Position numbers and translations under genes: made by a program
Part shown: piece after piece, positions 1 through 13,025 of the stretch
Position numbering within the stretch: the first letter of the stretch is position 1
How the letters are laid out: every line of letters starts with the position of its first letter
Notes under the pieces: generated by a model
Databases searched by the model: none
What the model was told of the DNA's origin: nothing
What the model saw: only the letters and a program-made list of their open reading frames with translations
Source: Lama glama
Lineage: Eukaryota
Direction: 5' to 3'
Length of the DNA: 64,000 bases
Assembly: GCA_028534125.1 (NCBI GenBank)
Contig: CM052816.1
Span: 90,460,001 to 90,524,000 of the forward strand

Positions 1-2050
1 AATTAATTAATTAATAATGTTTTATTCAAAATAATATTTGCTCTGTAGTTTGTAAAGAAGCATATTCCTGAATTCTTTGTTTGTCTCCTGCTGCCCCAAT
101 ACGTCCCATGCTGTGTTTCTATCCACACCCAGATACGTACTCTCATTGTGTTTAAAACAGAACTAAATAAAAATAGTCATTCTTTCAGGAAAATACAATG
201 ACTGGCTCAACAAACCACAAGTCACAAATAGGAAGTAAGGAGAAAATTTTTAGACTTTATTTCTGGCCAACAGCTCGAGCCAGTGTCCCTCAAAAAATGT
301 CTTTACTCTGGGATTCCATATTAAAATTATCTCAAATAATAACTATAAACCAAAGCTTTAGCCTGGTGTTCCCTGCTAAAATTATCTCAAATAACAAATG
401 CAGAGGAAGCTGCCAAATCAATTTCTTTTCACCCAGTGTAGGGGGTTTGGACCAACTTCTCCATCACCACACGATCAATCACCAGTTCCATGCAGACGTC
501 CAAACTCTGCCATTATCGTAGCTAAGTGGTTCAGATAATACATTCTCAAATCAATATTCTAGTCACAAATCACGACTTCAGGCTTTTATGACCTTATTTT
601 ATTTCTCTCCATTGTCATCAATGTTTTCTGGTAAGTTTCATAATTCCCCAGAGCTTGAAGTTGCCTAAACAGTCACTCCATTATTAATTGCTAATAATGT
701 TAATTATTGACTCTCTGCTATTGAAATTCTAAACATACAAATAATAGAAGTTAATATTAAAGTTTTTAAGATTTTGTAAGACATTATGTACTGTGGACAT
801 TTAGTAAATATTTGTGAGTAAGTGCATGAGTTAATGAGAAAATTAATTGGCAGATATTTCTAAGCTTCAGTGTAAAGAATTGATGTTTTGAAGAGATTAC
901 ACCTTGTTCATTCCTGAGTATTATCATCTACACTAAAAGCGTCCCTCTGTATTTGTTTTAAAATAATAACAGATATGTTCCAGTTTTGAACAATGCATCA
1001 GAAAATAAACTTCTTTCCATTTGCTCAAACACTCTGATCAGATAGAACTTACTTCCTACAAAGTGCATTCTCAGGCTTTCTCGAAATTGCACATCAGTTC
1101 TGCACACACACACAGGCAGGAGAAGATGTTGTGGCACTTACATTACGCCTTGAAATCAAGCTTTATTCTTGTTCTTGGTACCACACAGCTCAGACCCTGT
1201 GCTGAGAGCCTGACTTTTTTCCTAATCTTTGGTCAAGGTTATTGATGTTTTCTTTACAGACATAGGTCCCTGGATCTTGATCCTCCAAGAGTCTTCTCTG
1301 GATTTCTGATCCCTATTACCTGACTTTGTGTTTCTCACATGCATTTGTACCCACTGACCCCTTCTTGAACTTCTTTGGACCAGAAATCTTGACCTAGTCC
1401 AAATTCCAAAACCAGCTTCTCCAACCCATCGCGTCCTTTGGCCATACTCACTTAGGATTCAACCAGGGCAAGTGCACTCCCTTTATGAAGTTAGTTCCTG
1501 AACTAGCCTTTATCTTATCTACAAACCAGTTGCTTCTGTTACCCCAGCTCCAACTCTCACTACAAGTTTTCAGTCTTCCCTGAGCTTTGCTTTCTCAGTC
1601 TAGTGAACTACTTACTTGGCTCTTTCTGGCCCCCACACGTCTGCTTTATTTCCCATTTACGGTGTTGTCCTCTATGAACTGGTATAGCAGTGAAAGCAAT
1701 CAAAGAAACAAATGAAAACAAAAGTAACCAAAGAAAAGTTTTTCCCTTAGATCAAAGCACCCCGTACTTATGAACTGACAGATAATCCTGACCAGGTACG
1801 GAGCAACAAGGATCTCAGGTATAAATCATCACACTGTTTCTGCTGGAAACCAAATAGGGAAAATAGGATACTGTTAAACCTCAATCCACGTGAAGGTGTA
1901 ACAGCCCCACACTCACCTAATGTTCTACTGTCACATACTGGACATCTAGTGTAAATTAGAATATTTCTCTATCTGGGTGGGTGATTCACAAAAAGATACC
2001 TCTAGGCATTTGATGCATCAGAAGTTAATCTAATTCTAACAAACAGAACC

Positions 2051-2550
2051 NNNNNNNNNNNNNNNNNNNNNNNNNNNNNNNNNNNNNNNNNNNNNNNNNN
2101 NNNNNNNNNNNNNNNNNNNNNNNNNNNNNNNNNNNNNNNNNNNNNNNNNNNNNNNNNNNNNNNNNNNNNNNNNNNNNNNNNNNNNNNNNNNNNNNNNNNN
2201 NNNNNNNNNNNNNNNNNNNNNNNNNNNNNNNNNNNNNNNNNNNNNNNNNNNNNNNNNNNNNNNNNNNNNNNNNNNNNNNNNNNNNNNNNNNNNNNNNNNN
2301 NNNNNNNNNNNNNNNNNNNNNNNNNNNNNNNNNNNNNNNNNNNNNNNNNNNNNNNNNNNNNNNNNNNNNNNNNNNNNNNNNNNNNNNNNNNNNNNNNNNN
2401 NNNNNNNNNNNNNNNNNNNNNNNNNNNNNNNNNNNNNNNNNNNNNNNNNNNNNNNNNNNNNNNNNNNNNNNNNNNNNNNNNNNNNNNNNNNNNNNNNNNN
2501 NNNNNNNNNNNNNNNNNNNNNNNNNNNNNNNNNNNNNNNNNNNNNNNNNN
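2051..2550. other. Assembly gap (500 N)
   Basis: Exactly 500 consecutive N; the round length suggests a fixed-size scaffolding spacer. Confidence 0.99.
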
Positions 2551-4079
2551 CAGCTAACCCGCCCCACACTAAGCCAAGTACTTTCTAATTACAGTTTAAC
2601 TGTAGCGTGACACCTAGAAATTCAGAATCCAGTTGAATAATGTTGTTCTGAATTATAATAAAGGCTATACAATATGTTTGTATGTGGAACAGACCTCGTA
2701 GGCCCCTCACCCACCCCTCCACCCCCCACTTAAATTCTAATTACTAATTGCTCCTTATGGTAGACTATTTTTTGGAAAAGACACAAAAATTGTCCCATAT
2801 TTAATGCCGAAAAGGGATGGTGGGATGTTGATTTAAAATTTTTATTGTTCTTGTTTTGATCATCTCATTCTTAACAAAAGACAGGCATGGCTGCAAAATG
2901 GCATGGAAGATGCAAACAGACACACAGGGATAAAATGTGCATGCTGTGGATTTCAACATGTCTACCTAAGCATTTCCAGATGCAAAAGGAAAGAGAGATT
3001 GCAGACTAATCAGAGAAACTTGCTTTATTTTACATTTTTATAGTTGCTGCATGTTTTTCTTCTCAAACTAAGAGAAAAAAAAAAACTCTCACCAGTAAGA
3101 AGTGGGAGGTTGAGAGAGGAGTGATGTAAAAATTCTAGATAAGTGACTTCAAGTTTTCAATTTTATAGTTTTCCAAACTGTTTGGAATATGTCCTTCTTT
3201 TTAGGTATAGAGCAGACAGAAGACTATGATTTTCATCCAAATTTTTAAAAATAAAGTTTACTCTCCAAACTGATGAGAAAAGAGAGAGAATGGGTGTTTG
3301 ATAAATCAGAAATCACATAACAACTGGAACAGCTCTAACCAGATATGTGATTTAGCCCTATTTCACATTTAAAATTAGAACATGTGCCTTGTCCTTCACA
3401 TATAACTATTGCTGTGGGAAAGCTACTTTGCAAATTCTGCTCACATTCCATTCTTTGAAAGGTCTCAAGACAAAGTAACACATGTGACCTATTTTACACG
3501 CTGAGAGAAATACACTATTCAAAATCCATCCTTGGATTTGAGAGCCATGATTATGAAGAGGCGGATGAAAACAAATACTTGAAAAACGCTTCCCTAGAAA
3601 CATATCAATTACTGAGTGAAGAAAAAACCCTAAAATCAAACATCATGATTAATGTCAACAAAGAAGTATATCTTTTATATATAATCTATCACTTAATTAC
3701 ACAAATAATTACCATTTTTCATTGCTTCCATGATTAGTTTCCACACTCTAGTACACTAACACCCTTCTTTTTTTATGAATGTGATTTTTTTTTTCTGCCA
3801 GGCAACTTAATCTTTATATATTTCAAATTCATGCTATTTATTCCATTTATATGAGCTCATGAATATTACTCAGCCCTTCTGCTCCAAGGGAAATGGAAAA
3901 GAGGAAAAGACTAGACTGAGGAATTATCAGGGAAAATATTTAAGGGAAAAAAATCAAATATTCATTCTTGAAATGATTGAAAATGGAAATAAAATTGGAA
4001 GCTGGCAAAAGTTCCTCAGTAGAAATTGTTCCTGGAGTGTCCCATTGTAAAGGGCTTGCATTTGTTACCAAAATTCATT

Positions 4080-4270
4080 GAAAAGGGTTGAAAAAGGGTA
4101 CCAGGAATCATTTGGTGTGATGAAAATGTCTTGTGTCTTGATTACAATGGTAGTCTTACAACCACATTCAACCCTCAATAGTCATCAAATTGTAAACTTT
4201 AAATGGATGCAGTCTACATTGGACGTAAATTATACTTCAATAAAGTTGATTACAAAAACAAAAAAAAAAA
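4080..4270 (+). mobile_element. Ancient LINE-1 (L1M, probably L1ME/L1MB class) 3' end
   Basis: TTTGGTGTGATGAAAATGTCTTGTGTCTTGATT...AAATTATACTTCAATAAAGTTGATT followed by an A-tail, typical of L1M 3' termini. Confidence 0.75.
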
Positions 4271-4632
4271 GGAAAACACTTATTTATTGTGCTTGCATTT
4301 AAGTATACTGAAAATAAATTATCTGTAAATAATCGGTAACTTTCACATTTTCACAAATGCTTTTGTTTTTGAATGTACTCTTATACTCCAATATTTCCCA
4401 ATAAGATTTTTAAATTATGATATATAGTAAATGTGGAGTATCATAGACATCATATTTATTTGCAATCACAGGAAAAATCACAAGAAAATTGGATAAATTT
4501 TTTTTGTTGGTATTTGATCCATAACTTAGAGTTATACCTTATTAATGCTGGAAAATTTTTTATATTTGATGGTGGAATATAGAGCCTATGGATTAGAAGA
4601 TAAAAACCTGAAATATGGTAACTATCAAGAGC

Positions 4633-5082
4633 TGTGGAGGATCTGAGAATTCACCCTACTTGCAAGCTGACAAGTTATCCTGCCAGAAATTTCATGGATG
4701 CTGGTGCAAGACACAAGACTCCTGAGTCAGAGAAAAAGGACAGTTTTTAATCATAGCAATAGCAGTAACCAGAGTGTCAGAATTTTTGGTGCCAGTTCCC
4801 CAGTCCCCTAGTCTTGCAGAATGATGCAAAGAGGGACAGATGACATCTGCATACATAGCAGGTTGTGTTATAGTAGAGGAACCCTTAATTTAGGAAACCC
4901 AAGTCTTTTATGATGGACACCAAGCATGCCTGCCTTTTGCTCCAGGGGGAAACACCATCTCTGTCTTCCAAGTCTATTCACAGTACACATATCCATGAAA
5001 AGATATTCCAGAACAAAGGTCAGCCCTTCACTCACATGACATCTAGAAATACTAAAGGCTTGTGGACAATTGTCTTCCAACA
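4633..5082 (-). mobile_element. Solo ERVL-class LTR (MER54/MER73/MER74/LTR53-like group)
   Basis: ~450 bp bounded by TG...CA; starts TGTGGAGGATCTGAGAATTCACCCTACTTGCAAGCTGACAAGTT, a motif I recall for this LTR group; exact family uncertain; TSD not preserved. Confidence 0.65.
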
Positions 5083-5729
5083 ATATTTCTATTGTCAGAG
5101 GAAGCACTTTGAGATACTGTGAATTTTTTAAAGAAATAATAACTCATTTACTAAAACCTTGGGTTCTCCAGATCCAATTTTATGTTAATAAGCCTGTATA
5201 AGTGTGTATACATGTAGTCAATTTGGGTCAGAATACCAAGAACAGCACAACAAAATGCATATTAATTAACAGTTCGAAAATAGACATGGCAATGATCAGC
5301 CTACCATGTGAGGCACACATTGAACTTCTTTGTAAATTATTTCAGCAATCAATGACAAATCCAAGCGTTAACAGCTCTTTCAAATGATGAATTGCTTGCC
5401 CATGAAATTCATTTCTTGTTCCCCAAGGCAACAGGGAAGGAAATGAATCCAGTCTCCAAATCATAGTTGAATATAGTTCTCATAGTTAGAACGTACATTT
5501 CATTAATATGTTAAAGGAGACAAAATTGGGGAGTTTTATCTGGTTTCCAGCCTGCCACTATTTAGAAATAAGGTGCCAACATGTTCTTTGTCAAAATAAT
5601 TATACTCCCCATCAGTTCAATAACGGAAACCAGAAATCTGTACATCATCCTAGATTCTGGTCCCTCTTTACTCTCTTTGCATGTGGTCAGTTGTGCAAAC
5701 TTGCCTCCTTTATTTAATAAATAGTTCTA

Positions 5730-5832
5730 TCTGCTTGTGAGCAGGCACTGTACCTTGTATCTGAGTATCAACAGCATTTCTCATTATGCCAGACACATAG
5801 TAGGTACACAGTCAAGTCTGCGGAATGAATAG
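5730..5832 (+). mobile_element. LINE-2 3' end fragment
   Basis: CCAGACACATAGTAGGTACACAGTCAAGTCTGCGGAATGAAT resembles the L2 terminus. Confidence 0.6.
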
Positions 5833-6445
5833 ATCTACACTTAATCAATATCAAAAAACAATACACAATGAGAGAGAGAAAATAGATTTTGTTAGCAAAC
5901 ATGGGTTCTACCTACCAAAAAATTGTGTTTTCACATAATTGATAACACAAGTATATATTGAGTTTAATGACAAATTCAAAAGCCCATTCAAAAATGGCAA
6001 AACTTCTCTGGCCTTTGATTAGACCACCTGTCTGCCCTTCTCTGTTTAGATTTTAAAAGAAGAAGGCACTGTCATTACAAGACATATGTGTCCATGGGTA
6101 AAGCCTGAGATCTGAGCTACAGGATGCTGGTGGCAGTCTTGGCCCAGTCAATTTGATGCTTTTAAATCTAAGATCATACCAGAAATGACCATTCATTGGA
6201 AAGTATTTGTGCTTATTTAGGGCTATTTTGCTTGTAACCCAGTGGTTACTCTCAAAACATGCAGCTTCTGTTGGGGAGAAGATAAGAAGAAAAATCAAAG
6301 AAATCAGTCTCCGGTTCTCACAGAAAAAGCCTTATGAGCAAGTTTTCACTCTTAAAAAATAGTAATAAAAATACTTGAGTGAAAAGAAAAGATTCGGGAG
6401 TGTTATGACCATGTAACCATTTTAATATGATGTAATAGTTCTCTT

Positions 6446-7323
6446 TTTTATTGACATATAGTCAGTTTACAACTTTGTGTCAATTTCTGGTGTACAGCAT
6501 AACTTTTCAGTCATACATATACATACATATATACTTTTTCATTGTAGGTTACTACAAGATGTTGAGTATAGTTCCCTATGCTATGCAGTATTAGCTTGTT
6601 GTTTATTTTATGTATAGTAGTATCTGCAAATCTCCAACTCCCAATTTATACCCTCCCACCCCTTACTCCTGCCTGATAACCATAAGTTTGTATTCTATGT
6701 CTGTGAGTCTGTTTCTGTTTTGTAAATAAGTTCATTTATATCTTTTTTTTTTAAGATTCCACATATAAGTGATGTCATATGGTATTTTTATTTCTCTTTC
6801 TGGCTTACTTTACTTAGAATGACAATCTCCAGGTCCATCCATCTTTCTGCAAATGGCATTATTTTATTCTTTTTTATGGCCGAGTAGTATTCCATTGTAT
6901 AAATATGCCACAGCTTCTTTATTCAGTCATGTGTCAATGGACATTTAGGTTGTTCATGCCTTAGCTATTGTAAATAGTGCTGCTGTGAATACTGGGGTGG
7001 CTGTATCTTTTCAAATTAGAGTGACTTCTGGATATATGCCCAGGAGTGAGTTTGCTGGATCATATGGTAAATCTATGTTTAGTTTTTTGAGGAATCTCCA
7101 TACTGATTTCCACAGTGGCTGCACCAAACTACATTCCCACCAACAGTGTAGGAGAGTTTCCTTTTCCTCCACAGCCTCTCCAGCATTTGTCATTTGTGGA
7201 CTTTTGAATGATGACCATTCTGACTGGTGTGAGGTGACACCTCATCATAGTTTTGATTTGCATTTCTCTGATAATTAGTGATATTGAGCATTTTTTCATG
7301 TGCCTGTTGGCCAAGTGAATGTC
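6446..7323 (-). mobile_element. 5'-truncated lineage-type LINE-1 (end of ORF2 + 3'UTR)
   Basis: Minus ORFs 7011-7193 ([27 protein letters not shown]) and 7129-7377 ([29 protein letters not shown]) are the L1 ORF2 C-terminus; TSD TGTAATAGTT(C/T)TCTT at 6431-6445 and 7324-7338. Confidence 0.95.
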
Positions 7324-7748
7324 TGTAATAGTTTTCTTAAGTGTAGATGCGGCAGTATGTGCTACCCAGGGGGACAATGACTTAGAAAAACATTTCCAGA
7401 AGAGCCTTCAAGTAACTTCCTGGCACAGAATTTACCTTAATACAACAGAGCCTACACAGTGAGCATTCTTACTATCCCCGGGACTCAAAACTTACTCTAC
7501 AGCAAGAAAAACACCAACAATATTTTCAGGATATAGAAAGTCAGGACCCCATCCAAAAAATAATTAAATGAATTTATATTTTTAATTAACTTAAAATATC
7601 TATAAATTTTTCTCAATCTGCTACTATTTATTCTGTCAAGTATAAACTGGTTACCATTCAAATAAGAAAAATATGAAGAATAATTAGAATTGGTAATTAT
7701 CAAAATACTTATTCAGAAAACTAATTACATTCATAATTCCAACTATAT

Positions 7749-8130
7749 TGTGTTAGCCTGCTAATGACAAAATACCACAGACTGGGTAAGTTAAGTAGGA
7801 GAAATTCATTTCTCACAGTTCTAGAAGTTGGGAAGTCCAAGATCAAGGTGCTGGCTGGTGTGATTTCTGGTAAGAGCCTTCTTCCTGGCTTGCAGATATC
7901 TGCCTTTTTGCTGTGCCTTGACTTAGTTGGGGCAGAAAGAGAGAGAGAGTTTGAGAGAGCATTCTGGTATCTCATCCTAGAAGGACACCAATTCTATAGG
8001 ACCAGGGCCCCAACTTTCGGCTTCATTTAACCCTAATTACCTCCTAAATGCTCTATCTCCAAGCACAGTCACATTGTGGATTAGAGCTTCAACCTATGCA
8101 TTTTGAGAGTACAAAATTCAGTCCACAGCA
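7749..8130 (-). mobile_element. MaLR solo LTR, MLT1A-like
   Basis: AAATACCACAGACTGGGT...CTCACAGTTCTAGAAGTTGGGAAGTCCAAGATCAAGGTG...ATTCAGTCCACAGCA. Confidence 0.88.
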
Positions 8131-8594
8131 CACACCATACAGTATTTTTAAATTAATTTTCAAGATTGTGTTGCAATTTTTTAAAATAAAAATTTGGTGT
8201 TTATATTTTAAATCACAAAAGTATTACAGAGAAAATTCTCGTTCTCAAAAATTTAAATAAAATAACATTTTAGTCTACCCCCCCCCCCGCCATTGCACAC
8301 CTCTGAACACTTTTTTCTACTCATTTACCTAGAAAGTGCTAGAGAGTTATCTACTATTATACGGAACCTTTTTTTTTTTCCAATAGAAAAAGCTACCAAA
8401 AGTGAAATGCTGTGCATTATAAGATAGTGATTTGCCTGTTGCTGGAAGTTTCTAAGCAGGCATTTTACTGTGATTTGGAAAGTGCTATAGAAGAGAGTCA
8501 AGGTTTGGGTGAATGTCTGAGAGTATAGATTTTTAGGAGGTCTCTTCTTACTGTATTCTACATGATTCTGACCCATAATCATCTCCAAGTTACC

Positions 8595-8619
8595 ACACAC
8601 ACACATACACACACACACA
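8595..8619. repeat. (CA)n microsatellite
   Basis: Directly visible; a second (CA)n lies at ~9103-9129. Confidence 0.9.
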
Positions 8620-8929
8620 AACACTACCTTGATTTCCCTGAAACTTACCTTCCCCTCAAAATTCTACTTGTCTCAAGTTGAGATTGGGAGCTATGCTATA
8701 TTCTCAAGCCCCAAATATCTCAGGGTTGGAAGTGTTGAGGTGATGTCTTCCTGACTCCCCAGTGCCAGCTCCAGACAAATGCTCGCTCTCTCTTTTGTAA
8801 GCGGCTCCTTTGAGCAAGTGGCCATAAGAGCCTCTTCTCCTTGTAGCCATTGCTTAACCATCTGGTCATGCAGTAAAGAATTTAACACTGACTCACAGTC
8901 TTCTTTTCATCTCACGCCTGCCATGGAGC

Positions 8930-9610
8930 TAGGTAAATTCAACATCACGTGTGCACATCATCAACACCTGGGCCAGCACTGTCCTAACTTGATACCCAGC
9001 GGTCTTTGCCATCACTCCACCTGCAGCACCAGCTTCCACAACCACACCGTATATTTAGTCATAATTAGAAACTGCACTTAAGATGCCGCCACAATTTCAC
9101 AAACACACACACACACACACACAGACACAACCCTTAATCTCCTCTCTTTCTAAATGCCTTGTTGCTCTCCCCTCACTGCAACACTTTTCCCTGCATTGCG
9201 ACTTACAATCCAATGACACTACCACTTTCTTTCCATCCGTCAGCCTCCTCTACACTCCCCACCTCTCTTTCATTTCTACCCCCAGCTTCTGGCTCCTTAT
9301 TTCATCTGCTCTGTTCCTACTCATCCTTAAGCTCTCATAATAAATCCCCTTTCATAGGAAGGATTATTCCAATTTCCAAGCTAGATGAAATTCCCCTGTT
9401 AAATCATCTTATAAGTTCTGTGTACTTTTTATTGCTTTCTTCAAATACAGTGGTTATATGGTAATTATATCATTCTGGATTTGAAATGTGAGGTCTACTT
9501 TATGTTAGATTGTAAATTGGTTGAGGAAAGAGACCATGGTTGTTCTGTTCAATTATATGTCAATTAGCATCATACCTGGCACATAAAAGTTACTCAAGAA
9601 ATATGTTTAT
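8930..9610 (+). mobile_element. Degenerate LINE-2 (internal piece and 3' end)
   Basis: C-rich L2-like internal segment plus TAGATTGTAAATTGGTTGAGGAAAGAGACCATG...CCTGGCACATAAAAG terminus. Confidence 0.55.
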
Positions 9611-12600
9611 GGTCACACACACACACAAACACTTAACACAAAGTTTTCTTCCAGTAAATGAAAATCTGTATTATGCAAACAATGTTAAATCATTTGGGGG
9701 TTTTTTCACTGCCTAATACCAAAACCAACTGCAGCCACTTTTTGAAAAATATAATAATTTGTAAGGAGCCTCTTCCCGACTTGTGGGGTGGAAGGTTTCC
9801 ATTCTCTGCTGGATGTTCATTGGCTGAGAGAGATGCCCTACAAGAGGCTCAGCACTTCTGCAGCAGGAAGTGAAGAGCAGCAGCAGGGATGGAAGAGTGC
9901 ATGGAGGAGAAAGAACGTGAAAGCATCCTTGCAATTCAAAGATGCCAAGAATAAACTTGCAATCAGGAGCTGTGCAACACAGGAGAGAGGAGGGGAGGAG
10001 GGAGATTACAGTTTTATTGTAAACAGTAGAAGTCTTTAAAGATGACTACATTAGTAATCAGAGCTCAAAGATGATAGAAATGCAAACACCTCCTTTTCTT
10101 TCAGAGCATGTGGCTCCAGCCTAATTTCTCTAGACTGGGAAGATGGAAGCATCTTACTTCCCTACTCTTCCACCTGCATCCTTAACCCAATCCCTGATTC
10201 CCCAAGGCCAGCCCTGTATCTGACAACACACTACAAATCACTCTTCACAGCATTTATAGTAGATACATTTATCTAATTCTTGGTGGCATTCTGAAAGAAG
10301 AGAAAGGAGAAAGGGAAAGAAAGAGGGAGAGTTCCAAAGCATCCTGCAACCAAAAAAAAAAAAATCACTTAACACCAATATACATGGAGAAATGAAGGAC
10401 CTAATTGATCAGACCTAAACCAAGACGTGTGAGCAACCTGAGCAGCTATGTACTTTGACATAGCTTTGCTACGTAAAAATATCTTCGACATTTAGAGGAG
10501 AAGCTGCAAATTACATGGGGTGGGACCAGGAAGAGGTAAGAGAGGGGCAGAAAACAGAGATGACTGGAAGGATGCTCCACTACATGGCCATTGCCCTGAG
10601 AATTTCAGCTTTGGCCCCAGAGTTGTGTGTCCTACTCAGAAGCCCCACAAGTCATAGGATCCATTCTGCTCAGAATTAGTTTAGCCTGTTCCTTTGGGAT
10701 CTCATCCCCACTTCTCAAGTGGTTTCAAATCACCCTCTATTTACATACAGTGCTCTCTTTGAAAGAAGACATGATAGATTTTTATTCAATTTTACAATAG
10801 ACTAGCTGGAGTTCAAAGGGCTGTATCATTAGCGAAAATAGCTGGATCCACACATTGCCAAGAAATAATAGAACAAAAATTCAAAATATACAATCATAGA
10901 CAGCATGGACTGGTAAAGAGCAAACAGCTGAATGATTCAAATGAGGTTTTTTTTAATTAGTCAATTAAGCATTTCTTAATTCAGTCATTTTGGCAGGATT
11001 CAAGCAAATTCTTTGAAACTACAACAGATGGTAGAAACATTAAATACCACCATTGTTCTCTTGGCAAAGAAGTTTACAAGTAAATCTTCTGATATCCCAG
11101 GCAGAAAGAAATGTTCTAACAAGATCCACTTGTATAAAATCAAATCACTGGACTCAGGCCTCTGCTTTCTTACTGTTTACTCAGAGCAACAGGCGAGAGG
11201 ATGACCAGGTTTTGGATTTATTTATAAAAGGCTCAGCCACAGGTAGGCAAAAGAGGAAGGAATACAATGTAATTTGATGGTGGATGAATTTGCAAGCAAA
11301 AGAATCTAAAAAAGAAAAATGATGCTGACTCAAGGCTCACAGTTTACTTTTTAAAGTTGTGGGGGAAAGGAATGACAAAGCTTTCTATTTGGGTAAACTT
11401 TTGTTCTAAAAAATCAAATTAAATATAACAATACCCAATCATCTCTAAATTACTTCCCCAAAAAAACACCACCGAAGGACTTAAAATGTTTTGTAGGGAT
11501 TTTATTCTTGTAACTTCTTCCTTGGCCCTGAAAATAATAGTTTAAAATAACTTGATTTGCATTTTATTCCTTTACTTCCTTTCCACACATACATTTTGAA
11601 ATGCTTGCTTATGGGAAAGCCATTGTGTGCTTATCTTTCATGACTTATGAAATCTCTCTACTTCCTTCACCTCAAACTGGCATGTCCCCTATTTCCGGCA
11701 ACATGGAAAGCTTTCCAGTAAGAAACATCCTTTCCTACCAGACACGTTTAAAGCATAACTAAATGTATTTAAAAATATATAAATGAGTTCTGAAGAGAGA
11801 AAGGGAATTCAGATGCAGAAAGAAGAAAAAGATTGAAAGTCAAATGTGGAAATTCGTGAGCTGGCCAAGTGGAAGTTCTAAGTATGGCAAAATACTAGTG
11901 TTATTTAAGTCACCAAGGCACTCCCCCAGTGACATCTGCATTTGTAGCTGTGGAACCTGGGGTAATCTTCCCAGACTGCAAACATCTGGCTAATATACTA
12001 TGTCTTCAAATGAGGATGAAGTCATGACTGAGAATTTACTTATCAAAGTATTTAATATATTAGAAACAGGGCATTGTGTTTTTAAACCATGTATGTTTAT
12101 AGCTTACATTGTCAAAGATTATTCTTCCAGCATAGAAAAGCAGTTACAAAATATTGGGTCAAATCATATACAATTGCTAATATTTTATCATTTTTTAAGC
12201 TACAAAATTACCAAAGGAAAACATTCGGTTCAACAAGTTTGCTTTGCCCTATACAACTGATCTTCTTTCTCAGTGAGCTTAGAAGTTATTCATTCACTTC
12301 TCAGTTCCCCCATGTAGTTGTCTTTCTTTCAGTTTATCAGAGTATCTCCTCTAGGAACTTCCACTCCTCCAAGTCCCCTCTTCTCCTTGCCTCAGCCTAG
12401 ACATCCAGCCATTCAGTTCCACCCAGTCTCTCCTAGATGGACCAATGTGGGAAGAAAAAAGTATCCAATTCATGAGTGAAGTTGAAATTGAAGGAGCGGC
12501 AGGAAGGAACTTGTACCTCACTGGTGCAATTCAGGGCCGAGCCGTCTCCAAGACCATCAGACCTTCCATAATTTCGAGGATGTTCACCGCAGGCTATCTG

Positions 12601-12864
12601 ATGCTGTGAGTCTGCAATTTTCTCTACTTTGAGTTAAGTTATGTAAGGCCCCTTTCTTTTATCCAAGTTTGGATAGTGCCAGGTCTCAGAAAGGAAGTTA
12701 TAGGAGATGGTAAAAATTCCTTTTATATTTATTTGTGCAGAATCTTCACTTTTCAGCTATATACCAGATGTAAAGAAATGTTTTGCTCTAGTGCCATCTG
12801 TCATCTTAGAACTGGGATCAATTCACATGATGATAAAGAAGGAAAAGAAAAAAAAGAAGTAAAA

Positions 12865-13025
12865 TGACCTGATTTTGAGTCCTGTCACTACCATGACTGA
12901 TTGTGCTTAACTTCCCAACCTGTGATTTTTTTTTTGTCTATAAGGTGGAACTTAGGCCAGGCCGAGCCACGCGAGTTCATTATAAGGATTAAATGAAATA
13001 AAGTCTGTTAAGTGTTTTAAAATGC
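12865..13025 (+). mobile_element. MIR SINE
   Basis: GACCTGATTTTGAGTCCTG...AAGGATTAAATGAAATAA MIR core and 3' motifs. Confidence 0.65.

Noticed and set aside
2025..2569. 180-aa and 177-aa ORFs
   Set aside because: They run through the N gap and are artefacts.
12535..12605. CpG-containing exon-like segment (CAG|GGCCGAG...GCT|GTGAGT)
   Set aside because: Weak acceptor, 71-nt length and no recognisable peptide in any frame.
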